A DNA stretch of 64,000 nucleotides, taken from contig OZ365119.1 in NCBI GenBank assembly GCA_977030845.1, positions 12,214,001 through 12,278,000 of the forward strand. Reading direction: 5' to 3'. The stretch is from Fimbriosthenelais zetlandica (taxonomy: Eukaryota). The notes under the pieces are model-generated. The model was not told the origin of the DNA. It made no database searches and saw only the letters and a list, made by a program, of their open reading frames with translations. Below, piece by piece: positions 50,857-62,350 of the stretch (positions are counted from its first letter, which is position 1; each line of letters starts with the position of its first letter). A program made the position numbers and the translations under genes.

Positions 50857-50909
<53 letters not shown>

Positions 50910-53900
50910 GAGAAAGAGTGAGATAAGAGACAGAGGCAGAGTGAGAGAAGACAGTTTGTTTGTGAATTTTGTGGCATACAGTTGTACATACTCGTTGTTT
51001 TTCAGAGTTTCTACCATGTCCTCATTGTGGGGGTAGTTTCAGTACTACAGTAGCTAAATATCATATACCATTCTGTGCTCGTAAGCACGGTCACAAGTCA
51101 GAGACTTCCACTAACACAGCATCAGCCAGTCCTGGTCCCAGCCGGACGCCCAGAGACGTAAGTACACCTCACTCCCAAACTCATCAGTTCTTATGATACT
51201 AATCTATACAATTATTGGGGGCTTTTACTAATCTCTCAGAGTATTACATATACACGTAAGCAACACTCCAGAGACCTCAGGCAGCTTGTGGGATTGAACC
51301 ATTAACCCTCCGATCATTGGTGGCTCCTTCAATGAGCCAGTGTGGCTCCCTGAATGAGCCAGTGCTCTAAGAGAGCTGAATGACCTGGTCGTTTAGTTGG
51401 TGAGAACCCTCCCTGTAAGGGAATATCGGCAAAGATCAAAATGAAATCGTTCCGGATCATTTCTCTATTGATTTACCATTGAAAAATCGGCGCCGATCCC
51501 AAGATTTTGGCATCCACCAGCCCGATCATCTGTTTTTTTGGTCCCAATCGCCTGTGACCGCTTAAGATCGCAAAATCGGGATGAAAATCGGGCTTAACTC
51601 TCCTCCCTATTGTTTGTCATTACAGTTTTCCTCTGAGGAGAGTTCTCGTCCGATGTACCGATCCACGGCCCGTCCTACACCCAGCGGTTCTTCACGTTCA
51701 GCGTATGACAGAGTGACCAGTCCATCCTTCACCAACCTGGGTACTCGACCTACCGCCTCCAGCTACACCGGTAAGCTACCCTCCCTCCCTCTACCAATCA
51801 TCCAAATAATTAAAAATTGTCATCTTTGGTTACAAATTCGTCCATGATCAATTATTTTTAATCGCCCATTTTATGTTACCCATAAATGAAAGCACTTTCT
51901 CTATTATTTGCGTGTCGCCCATTTTATGTTACCCATAAATGAAAGCACTTTCTCTATTATTTGCGTGATGCATTTCTTTTCAAACCGATCTTAAATCACT
52001 TTTTCTCGTGGTGCTTTCTACTAGGTTATGTTGACTATGACAATGACTATGTCTATGGCTATGACTCTGACTATGACTATCCAGACTACCTAGGATTCAA
52101 TCCTATTTGTAAGTAAAATCATGTTGGGACAAGAATGTTTTGTTGGTTTTCGGGATGGCACCAAACTCGCTAAATTCCTTCTCCAAATTTAAGAGTCTCA
52201 AACACAGGAATGCAAGTGTATGAAAAGAAACCTTGTCTGATTTCCGGTCCTTTAATAACTTCTTGATTATTCAGGATGGAAATATAGAAATCTTCTTCAG
52301 CGGGAGATGGAGTTTAAATGTCTGTCTCTTGCATCTCTGGTTGTAACCCAGATATCCTCTACTTCCTCAGTTTTGCTAAGATCCATCAAAATAATATTAT
52401 CATGGATGTCCATCAGTATTGGTTCCTTGTTGGTGCTATCTCAATGTAGGTTAATTGTTCATCCCGTTAAAGCAGTTGCCATACATTAGGTTAAGCTCAG
52501 TTGTGGCATTGTTCTCATGTTACAGCAGTTGCCATACAATAGAAGGTTAAGCTCAGTTGTGGCATTGTTCATCTAGTCGCCAATGCTGCGGGTTCAGTTC
52601 CGTTATATGGCATTGTTCATCTAGTCGCCACTGCTGCAGACTGCTGTTGTTTTTTTGTTGAGACATGTTTCATATCTCTCATGTTCAGCATATTCTGCCG
52701 TAGATTAGGTGTCATCAGATGAACTTGACTGGAGCACATACAGACCATGTCCTCACTAACTGCCTTGCTTAGCTTAGTTTCATATTAATTTGTTTTCCAA
52801 GAGACACTAGTGTCAGTGTTCTGTTAGTTTTTTTCTCTGATTTTAATTTCAATCATCCAGTTTCAGGAGGCGAAATCAGTGTTGATTTAAGATACTTTAC
52901 CCTATACACTCATGGCCATATTGTTTCCTTCCTCATCATCCTGAGATATAAATAAACCCAGTTTCAATCCTCATGTGCAGTTTATAAGATGATTCTCACC
53001 CATTTAATAATATGTCACAGTAGATAGGGTTAAAGGTGGGGTGGATGGTGTCCTCGCTAACTTCTAACTTCTAACCCATCACTCGTCCCCTATCCGCGCC
53101 ATGGCTTGTACAGCGCTTGTACTTAAACACATTAAATGCATTCAACGTGTTCTTTTATGCCAAAAGATGCTTTGAATGTTTCGCTATTTTAGTCTTTCAT
53201 TCTTCATATTTTGCTATCACCCGAGAGATAATTCTTGATGTGATTTTACGTAACTTTAGAACAGAAGTCCATTTCGACGAAAACCTACTACTATTGTGGA
53301 GAACTTCAGCATAATCCAAATAAAAAATTTTATTTTTTTTAATAAATTCTTGAAGAGGAAATAATTTTGCTGCATGACATTGTCTCGCGGAGTTTGAGAT
53401 TGTATGTTAAAGTGAAGTTTTGGTCCAGATTCAGGTAGTGTAGGCCGTCCTTCCTACCCCTCTCGTAGACTATGTAAGTAAGGCTGATGCTTCCTCACTT
53501 TCTTTTCGCATCTTTTAATGCTATTTAGTTGCTTAGAGTCAGTTTAGCTTATTAACATATATGTAAATGATCCACTGAATATTCATCAGTTACTGACTAT
53601 CTCACTATGGTTAATGACCATTTCTCACCAGCTCTTGTTTTGCGTTTCTTCCTCATTTTGCCGATGTCTCTCATGTTTTTTTGTGTGTGCTGATTTTGTT
53701 TGACAGATACAGGCAGTCTTAGCAGCCCGTCCTACTCCGGGTTAGGTAGTAAGTGTAAGTAAACCATTAACTTTGGGTCGCATTGAAACCTTTTACACTC
53801 CTTTCTTCTGTCATCTCCTCCATTTCCTGTCCTCAACTGTGTGTCCCTGTTGTCCATACTTTCTCCCCTATCAGGGAACCCCCACCCCCTTTGCCCTTTG

Positions 53901-56900
53901 AGTATTTCTCTAGTATAAAGTTTAGTGCCCGAATATCTTAAATGTGCCTCTCAGTTGGCTTGAGTTGGCTGAATCATTGACAATCTTCCCATCTCCAAAT
54001 CTTCTGATTCCCTGATCTTAATTTGCCTGAAAAAGTCATATTAATGGGGGAAAGTGAGTAGCGTAAAGTGAGTAGCGTAGTGAGTAGTGTAGAGTGAGTA
54101 GATTATGATGACTTGTCTTTGATCCGCTGTGTTTTGATTCCCGCTGTAGATGGAGCCTCCAGCCTAGGCAGACATGATCTGTACACGTTAAACACAGGAT
54201 GTAAGTAATCAGTGTCAGTCCCTCTCTCTGTGTTGTTTGGAGTGTCCTGCCTGCATGGCCTTCACCATCTATGGATGTTAAATCAATGTCCATCACATCC
54301 CGCCCAGTCATGGCAGTCCTAACTCAGTCATGGCAGTCCTAACTCAGTCATGGCAGTCCTAACTCAGTCGCTTATCATTGCCAAACTCCTCCGGGGGTTC
54401 CGAGTGTCTTGGGGAAGTCATCTCAGAATGGTTTGCTCCTTTGGTTCTTATTTGCATCTTTTATGAGGGTTGATTTCCTCTCCATTATGTTCAGTTGTTC
54501 CCATGATCGTTGTGGCCATGATCGTTGTGGCCATGATCGTTGTGACCATGATCGTTGTAACTATGATCGTTCCCGACTTTCAGTCAGATTTTGCCTCCTG
54601 TGTTCCAACTACCAAGCCGTGTTTCCAGCATGATGCAGTGCGAATGTGTTTTGTTGCAGTTTTAGGTCATTGAGATATCGCAGCACCTTGTAGCCTGTTG
54701 ATTTAGCCAGTTGATGAATGTCTGTGGATCACTATCTTCATGTAGATATCTTAATTTCAGACGAGCCGTATACGTCATCAACGTATGTTCCCCGGGCACA
54801 AACCAACATCCATCTGGGTCGACCGAGCGCGTCTACAACTAGAGTACGTTATGTCCCCGCCGCATCACGAACGTGAGTACCAGACCTGACGTATACCAAC
54901 CCTGACGTATACCAACCCTGACCTAACTTAGATATAATATACACTAAATGCCACCCGATTAAACCACCTTAAATGATTGAAAAATATGTTGATTGTAACG
55001 ATAAGATATAGTAATGATAATGATGGAAATAGTTGAGAATGGATAAGAGAATCAGAAGTATTGCTCGAAAATAGTAGGAATGGACATGTAAGATAGCCAT
55101 AGAAGACTAGCGTATCATCAATAAGTTAACTAACTCCACAAACAATCTTCTAGACAAATCATTCATTTTTCTTTCACCGAGTGATATTTATGATCTATGA
55201 TTGCATGTTTTTGATGGAAGCATGATTGTCATTCTGCTTTATATGGTTTTCCAAACTAGTATAGAATGTATACACCATTTTGTACTTCTCACTCTAGCAA
55301 TTGATATCATCCTTTGAATTATTGGCCCAGTATAGCTGTATAAACATTTTTGTAAAGAAAATATGAAAGAAAGATAATTTGGAGGATGATGGTAGTGATT
55401 TCTTGATATGCTTACATGACTTGTTGCATGCCTCAAAGATCGCCCAGTGTTTGCGAAAAACTCTCCTGTACTGACAGACAATATATAATGTCAGTAAAGA
55501 CATGGAAGACATTGTCAACCGTCTGATAGTGACGTGTGTCTGTCACTGTGAGGATTGGGTGAATGTCCAGTGACACACTGACAGACACTCCGACCACCGG
55601 TTCAGATAGAGTCGGTGGTCATCAAGTCTCTGTCATCTCTGTCACGTGTTTTTCGCATCCACTGCGCGTCAGTGTTACATTAGTCAATGTGTTCACCCCT
55701 TGCTTGTGTTATATCCCTGTAGGAGAGTGGGGCCTCATGTCGGGATCTAAGTCAACATCAACACGGTAATGACTACAATACACATTCAACCCTTTAACCC
55801 TGACTCTGACCTTCCTAAAGCGCCAGTCAGATCACTCCAGTACAAGGCCGTGATAACGGGTAGCAGCTTGGTGTCAGGTTGGGTCACTCAATGGAAAAGG
55901 CAAAACACACTAACATCATGGCCCCTGGAGAGATTCGGCTAGCGCTTTAATTCACAGTAAAATCCAGCCATTTGACTTGGACCCTTGACTGTTGACAGTT
56001 CCAGTGACCTTTGTTTTAGGTGTTAATCATGGTTAAGCGGATTGTTGGAGACTCTTGTTTGCAATGCCCATCTCTCTCCACCTTTGCACTTGGACATTCC
56101 GCTCTTCTGAGTCTCCACAATGTATTCAATGTTAAGAATTCAATGTTAAGAGCATATTTGAACTGTATCCATGCTGTTAGACATGTCAGCTTTCCTCTCC
56201 ATCCATGTCATATTTCCTCTTTCTGGGGAATTCACTCCATGAAACATTATCAGGGTTTACGACTGAATGCCGTGTCACTGAAGTTAAGACAAGATGTTAA
56301 GCCACATGCTATACAAGATAATGCTATCTATGCTTGAGCATTAAGCCGCAGGAATTAAGAGCATTTCACACAAGTCCCCTGATCTGGGAACAAGCGCTGT
56401 CTACACTTGCAATTCTTAAGGCTTTTTTCATTTTAAAATATTCATGTTGATTTCGCTGCTTCAGTGCTCAAGGTGTATAGAGCTTACTTTGCCACTATAA
56501 GGCCACTGAGTTTAGGTTAGTGATGGTAGCAAGCATTACATGAACTTATTTTACATGATATCCAGTCTCTCATCCGAGGATTACGATGGTAGGCTAACAA
56601 ACTGACTAAAACTTATAATAATTATAATTATAGCTTCGGCGTTCAATGTTGTGTTTTGTGATGTTGCCTTAAAGCTTTTAAGTTCACAAAAATAGAGAGG
56701 AACAATGTGCCAAATCTTTTTGTGTTATGTTCACAAATTATCAAGTAAACGTATATGAATTACTTATTTTGCTTTGGACAGACCAACAGATACTTGTTTG
56801 TCCAGTCACCCAATATGAATGTAGTGATTTGTCCTCTGGGGGGATGGGGGCCATTTCGCTTTGACTTTATATCACTTTAAGGGATATTAAGTATCAGTTA

Positions 56901-57660
56901 CTGTACTGGTCAATGTTTAGCGGGTGTCGGGGTAGGATGTTTTTGTTTTCACTATCAGACTCCATATTTCGCATCATCATCCTTTCTGTCTACCTCCTTC
57001 TTTCTCTCAGTTTAAATGCAAGATTAAAATACATGACGATATTCAATGGCATTTTCTGAAGCAAACCAATATCCGAAATTCAGTTCGGGAGCATAAAGAA
57101 ATGACCAGGCCTGGGAAAGGAAATCATGTATTTAATCTTGTAAATCGCATGATATTTCTGTACAGTAGTTCCCTTGTTTCATTCAGTAATATTGCCTGAT
57201 TTTAATGTTTGTCTTTAACAAGAATCCTATAGTACACCACTCCATCTAAGCTAATGGAGTATTAAACCTTAATCTGTGGTACGAGATACAGATATTCTGA
57301 AGATATGACATACATTATCACATAGAGATCTTATTTTAATGAAATACAAGTGATCTATATGAATAATGCTAAATATAAATGCAAATTTTCGATTCGAGTT
57401 TTCTGACATTTCTGGTCGATTTTCGACCTTATTAAGCAGAACTTATTTCATGATGGATATTTCTGATATTTCTAGTTGAGTTTTGACTTTGTATGATATA
57501 AAATGAGGGATTTTCCTGGCATTTCTGGTTGATTTTTGACTTTGTAAACTGTCATGATTTCAGACATGCGCCGCCAGTGGTCCGGATATCGATGGGAGGC
57601 GCAGCTCCGACACTCCTTACCTTCCGAATTGGACGGACGGCATCGGGAGGAACTATATGA
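35036..57660 (+). CDS. J-domain (DnaJ/Hsp40) protein with Tyr/Ser/Thr-rich low-complexity region and two C2HC zinc fingers, about 940 aa (model)
   Basis: Exon 35036-35924 encodes a J-domain with HPD, a G/F-rich segment and a charged helix. Phase-compatible + strand exons follow: 42950-43813, 48870-48937, 49387-49561, 50445-50642, 51006-51157, 51626-51770, 52025-52108, 53707-53754, 54761-54872, 57564-57660. Fingers CNYCNCKFHPAQLTIHEKDC and CPHCGGSFSTTVAKYHIPFC (C-x2-C-x11-H-x3-C). The J-domain is certain; the join across the 7-kb first intron and the last exons are inferred. Confidence 0.7.
36306..36516. mobile_element. MITE family A copy 2
   Basis: AGCCTGGAACACACTAATCCG...CGGATTAGTGTGCTCTAGGCT, TTA on both flanks; orientation opposite to copy 1. 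Confidence 0.85.
36903..37226. mobile_element. Possible Kolobok-like non-autonomous element
   Basis: TTAA-AGGTA ... TACCT-TTAA; only 5 bp of TIR and a single copy, so weak. Confidence 0.3.
41351..41526. repeat. Minisatellite 36 bp x about 5
   Basis: Unit CTTTGACTTTAACTTGGTATTAGTGTTCTCTGTTAT. Confidence 0.94.
42599..42830. mobile_element. MITE family B copy 2
   Basis: AGCTTGGACTCCACTGCTGC...GCAGCAGTGGAGTCCGGGCT, more diverged, with an internal duplication. Confidence 0.8.
43201..43500 (+). repeat. Coding minisatellite 45 bp x 6 plus a partial copy, encoding GTTAYTPKYHNINGD
   Basis: In frame within exon 42950-43813. Confidence 0.93.
44371..44578. repeat. Minisatellite 52 bp x 4
   Basis: Unit GACTTCAATCAAACAGGTTCCCATCAGATATGAGTAGATGGAAATGTTAGAT. 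Confidence 0.95.
46710..47032. repeat. Pyrimidine-rich minisatellite, about 41 bp x 8
   Basis: Unit CTCTCTCTATCTCCTTCTCTCGCTCATTCCATCCTAGCCCC. Confidence 0.93.
47909..48115. mobile_element. MITE family A copy 3
   Basis: AGCCACGAATACACTAATCCG...CGGATTAGTGTATTCCTGACT, TTA on both flanks. Confidence 0.82.
48180..48389. mobile_element. MITE family A copy 4
   Basis: AGCCTGGAACACACTAATCCG...GGATTAGTGTGCTTCAGGCG; inverted relative to copy 3, 64 bp away. Confidence 0.85.
50113..50323. mobile_element. MITE family B copy 3
   Basis: Near-perfect long TIRs AGCCGGGACTCCACTGCTGCGATTTTGCTTGCGAC / reverse complement; TTA on both flanks. Confidence 0.9.
50765..50945. repeat. (GA)n microsatellite
   Basis: Direct reading. 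Confidence 0.96.
51270..51385 (-). mobile_element. Degenerate tRNA-derived SINE fragment
   Basis: GTGGGATTGAACC...ACCCTCCGATCATTGG...CCAGTGCTCTAA resembles the reverse complement of a tRNA-like head. Confidence 0.3.
51422..51594. mobile_element. MITE family C, truncated copy
   Basis: High identity to the interior of 58005-58243 (ATCGGCAAAGATCAAAA...AAAATCGGGCT). Confidence 0.8.
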
Positions 57661-57667
57661 AGGTGAC

Positions 57668-57856
57668 CCCTTCACTGACGACGACCCGTGGACAATAAAT
57701 CCTTAAAATGAGGAACAATATACAGCTGAGCCCTTCACTGACGACGACCCGTGGACAATAAATCCTTAAAACCAGGAACAATATACAGCTGAGCCCTTCA
57801 CTGACGACGACCCGTGGACAATAAATCCTTAAAACGAGGAACAATATACAGCTGAG
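57668..57856 (+). repeat. Tandem repeat 63 bp x 3, each with AATAAA
   Basis: Unit CCCTTCACTGACGACGACCCGTGGACAATAAATCCTTAAAACCAGGAACAATATACAGCTGAG. Confidence 0.95.
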
Positions 57857-58004
57857 TCATCAACACAGCTTACCAGTACAGCTGAGCCTTCAACACAGCT
57901 TACCAGTACTCCGCTATCATCGTCTCCCAGTCGTTTCTTTTCTGAAGTGGTCGTATTATCGAGTTTAAAATTGGTCTCTTAATATGACTTTAAGTTGACC
58001 TTTA

Positions 58005-58243
58005 AGCCCGACATCCACTGTACGATCTTTGAGGGCACCGATTTTTGTGATCGGCAAAGATCAAAATAGATCGTTACGGATCATTTCTCTATTGATTTAC
58101 CATTTAAAAATCGGCGCTGATGCCAAGATTTTGGCATCCACCAGCCCGATCATCGGAACGGATCTTTCTTTTGGGTCCCGATCGCCTGTGATCGCTTAAG
58201 ATCGCAAAATTGGGATGAAAATCGGGCTGACGGATGTCGGGCT
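58005..58243. mobile_element. MITE family C, full copy
   Basis: TIR AGCCCGACATCC ... GGATGTCGGGCT; flanks TTA/TAA. Confidence 0.8.
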
Positions 58244-60375
58244 TAAGTTGACCTGAATATGGAGATGGTCATGTTAATGAGATGTAGTTATTTCTCATGT
58301 TTTGTTGAAGACGTAACAATTTCCTCCACTCTGTATCATGTAGGGAATATTCAGCATTGGTGTCAACATTGCTAAAGTGACCCTGAGTCATCCTGGTGGT
58401 TCCTTTGTAAAAGATATTAATCAACATGTATGTATACATGTACGTATACATGGCAGGCATACATATATATATAGGAAGGCCACAATATAGTCACATAATA
58501 CCATATTGGTAGCTGTTAAATATAGTGATATTTTAACTGATGTAATCTTGCTTTTCATGGCGAGTTGATGAGGGAGGTGGGGGTAGATGTGTAGTTCTAT
58601 ATTAAGTTAAAACTCTCCAGTGAGAGAATAAGTATGTACGTGAGAGATGTCACATGCTGGATATAGTATCCACACGCTCTACGTGAATCTGAGATAAATA
58701 TTGTTATATCAGTATAAATATTGTTATATCACTATAGCTTCATGTACTCACTCATCTTAGGTTTCTGTGTATATTCACTTTTGTAAACTTCAGTGATAGA
58801 GTGAGAAGGAGATGCTTTAAGTATATAGCTTGGTGAATATTTCGCTGTCTTTCAGTCCAATCTGTGGAACTTTAAAACAGGAGCTGTTCTCTTGCAGACG
58901 TTGCTTTATGTGTATTATAATTTAATTTCCTTTTATAGAGGGTTTATTTCGTGGGTTATAACCGCTCTCATGAACTTGATTTTTTTTTTCATGACCTTGT
59001 TAACAAGTTTCAGAGCCCAGGTGGCTTTATCTTTTATATAGTGTTCTCATTTTTTCCCATGTAAAATGCCTCTTCCATGACCTTTCAACAAGAGAATATC
59101 AAACACCTCTAAAAGGATTTTCCGCTAAGAAACTTATGTCCATGTTAAGCGTTGACAAGGTGTTCTGAAGACAGAAAAAAAGATGATCAGCAATTCCTGC
59201 CAAGTTCTAGATGCCCAGTTGTTAATATTGATGACAATATATCATGAAGGAAGCACAATCTCATAACTCGGTCAGTTGAGGTCAAAGGTCACAGATACAT
59301 GGCTTCATCTATTCATAGTAATCGCTGCTGAATCATGATTTGTTTTTGCTTGGTAACGATTATATTGGCCAGTCCATTTGGGATTGAAATCGGATTAATT
59401 TAAATTCAGTGAAATGTGATCTTGTTGCTGAGCATTTTTGTAGGAATATCCATGAAGATATTGTGATTATACAGTCATGTGGCTTACTATGTACGAGCGC
59501 CGGCTGACATTATAAATGGACCCGTCATTATTATAGCTTTTCTATCAGTACATAGGCTTGCTTTCAAGTCTTCCCTTTCAGACACAAAATTGATTTGCAC
59601 ATTCAAGAGATGAATGTGATCTTCAGTATCATCTAGTTTTTTAAGATTTGTTGGATTTAAAGTAACAAAAAGTGGAGGATAGAAGAAAGGCGATGTGAAG
59701 ACAGAATTATAAAGATAGACAGTGATACGCGATCACGTGAATCTTCATAAAGGTGGGGTGGTTAGATTGGATCTTTCCAATATTTGAGTCCTATTTCCTA
59801 TTACCAGGTCTTTCAGACAATCTTTTGTTTAATCTGCAATAAAGGAAACTTAAAGCATCCGAGTGTCTGCTCCAGTTCTTTACGAAATAACTGGTTAGAT
59901 GTTTACTTAAACACACCAGAAGTTTGAAGCTGAACTCCTCCATCCTTTATTCAAGATAGAATCAGTAACGTTAAGTAGAGATAGAATCAGTAACGTTAAG
60001 TAGAGTAGCACAGGAAGCTAACCGTCGTTTTTCACTCGTTTCTATAACAGAATCCTCGGTAACAAAAAGAGACGCATGAGGCTAGCTTTGCTTTCCCCCA
60101 AAAGGGAACATTGTCATGAAAAATACTCATGAAAATATAAAGCTCTCTCTAAGATAATACTATTGCACATTAAGTATGAAACTTAGTCCGTCTGTCAGAT
60201 CAGACTTCATGATGGAAACGTCCAAGGCTAGAAGTCCGTCTGTGGACTATAAGATCAGTGTACATGAGTTTACCATCAGCCTTCAACACAAAAATCAGTC
60301 TATAATATTGTTTTTTGCTCACTGCTAGAAGTTGGTAAGTATTATGACGATGTGTATGACTAAACAGATGAAGCT

Positions 60376-60559
60376 GTTGCATAAGTTCCCACCATAGAAC
60401 GGTAGCGTTGCATAAGTTCCCACCATGGAACGGTAGCGTTGCATAACTTCCCACCATGGAACGGTAGCGTTGCATAAGTGCCCACCATGGAACGGTAGCG
60501 TTGCATAAGTTCCCACCATGGAACGGTAGCGTTGCATAAGTTCCCACCATGGAACAGTA
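60376..60559. repeat. Minisatellite 31 bp x 6
   Basis: Unit GCGTTGCATAAGTTCCCACCATGGAACGGTA, just 3' of the minus-strand stop at 60633. Confidence 0.94.
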
Positions 60560-60632
60560 GCCGAATGAACACCTCATCGCCTGTGAAGGCCACTTGAACA
60601 TAAATAACAGTTAAAGCTAGAGATGACTAGGA

Positions 60633-62350
60633 TCAGGAGAAGCCTTCTCTAACTTTGGTAAAGTCCACATTTTTCACCAATAGTTTGTCAGTGTTGAGGG
60701 CAGTGATGGTCACCGTGGTCCACATATCGTCCAGCAAGGCGCGGCCATGTTGGATGAGCTGATCCACTGTGAGCCCAGCTAGCTGATTGGTGGATCCCTG
60801 TACGGGCTCGTCCAATGAGAGACCTTCATGTATGGCCTTGACTAAGCTGTTGTCGTCATGATGAGTGACGTCAGGTTTGAGACGCGATGACAGCTCGTCA
60901 CTGTAACATCTGAGGTAAACATTGATATCAATAACAGCTCAATGATCAACTCTCATCTCATGCGCAAGACTACCTCAATCAGATGTCACTTAGATGATAA
61001 ATGAAGAGATCACCAACACCCATGCTCACACCTGTGATCACCAACACCCATGCTCACACCTGTGATCACCAACACCCATGCTCACACCTGTGATCACCAA
61101 CACCCATGCTCACACCTGTGATCACCTACACCCATGCTCACACCTGTGATCACCAACACCCATGCTCACACCTGTGATCACCTACACCCATGCTCACACC
61201 TGTGATCACCAACACCCATGCTCACACCTGTGATCACCAACACCCATGCTCACACCTGTGATCACCTACACCCATGCTCACACCTGTGATCACCAACACC
61301 CATGCTCACACCTGTGATCACCAACACCCATGCTCACACCTGTGCATTTGACCACATACACCAATGTTAGAGGCGTGCATTCGACGACAGAAAGCGTACA
61401 TTCGACCATTGAAAGCGTGCATTCGACGACAGAAAGCGTACATTCGACGACAGAAAGCGTACATTCGACCACTGAAAGCGTGCATTTGACGACAGAAAGC
61501 GTGCATTTGACGACAGAAAGTGTGCATTCGACGACAGAAAGCGTGCATTTGACGACAGAAAGCGTGCATTTGACGACAGAAAGTGTGCATTTGACGACAG
61601 AAAGCGTGCATTTGACGACAGAAAGCGTGCATTTGACGACAGAAAGCGTGCATTTGACGACAGAAAGTGTGCATTCGACGACAGAAAGCGTACATTCGAT
61701 CCCTAAAAGCGTGTGTTCTACTCCCAACAAAAGGGCATTCTACCACCAACACCAGAACTTTCATCTACTGAAAGCGTGCATTCAAATGAAAACCTTGCCA
61801 TTCACCAATCAAAGTATGCATTCCTCTTTTTCACCTTATGATAAAACAGCATTCTACCACCAACACCACTTGTTACCATTCTACCGCAGGAAAGCGCACA
61901 ATCTACCTCTAAATGCAAGCCAACTATTGACAGTGTGCATTCAAATTCTCTATCCGGCTTCATCCGATAGCTGTACGAATCTATATTCTTGTAATTTACA
62001 AGAATGTAACAGTCCTTTACGCCTAGGTAAGGATAACCAATGACACAGTTTCAATCATTGGATGTCATTATAAATGGGGGATCGGATGGTGAGGGATTGG
62101 AGAATGAGATTAGTGTATTCCAGGGTTAAGTTATACCCTGACCTCAGTGTTTATTATATAGAGTAACTCACCTCATTGTCTTAATGCTGTCCTGGACCTC
62201 CACACATCGGTGACGTATGTCGCTGGCTAGTAGATGTACGTGTTGCCATGACGTCTGATCGTCTACGTGCATGAGACAGCTCTCAGCGACTGACCGCAGC
62301 TCCCGCTCCTGTCTCACCTGACCCTTCAACTGCTCCACGTGCTCGTAAGC
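60633..62350 (-). CDS. Last two coding exons of an unidentified coiled-coil protein
   Basis: Exons 62350-62172 (AYEHVEQLKGQVRQERELRSVAESCL...SIKTM) and 60900-60633 (SDELSSRLKP...KVREGFS*), canonical splice sites, compatible phase 2. Family not recognised. Confidence 0.7.
61008..61343. repeat. Minisatellite 28 bp x 12
   Basis: Unit GATCACCAACACCCATGCTCACACCTGT. Confidence 0.96.
61372..61700. repeat. Minisatellite 21 bp x about 15
   Basis: Unit GAAAGCGTGCATT(T/C)GACGACA. Confidence 0.95.
61941..62125. mobile_element. MITE family A copy 5, left end truncated
   Basis: Internal CATCCGATAGCTG...CCTAGGTAAGG...GGATTGGAGAATGAGATTAGTGTATTCCAGGG-TTA. Confidence 0.78.

Noticed and set aside
59279-59291. 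Perfect DR1 nuclear-receptor element AGGTCAAAGGTCA (similar on the minus strand at about 50412)
   Set aside because: A single short motif that is frequent in invertebrate repeats, with no supporting context.
61290-62043. 146-237 aa repeat ORFs
   Set aside because: Derived from 21- and 28-bp intronic minisatellites.
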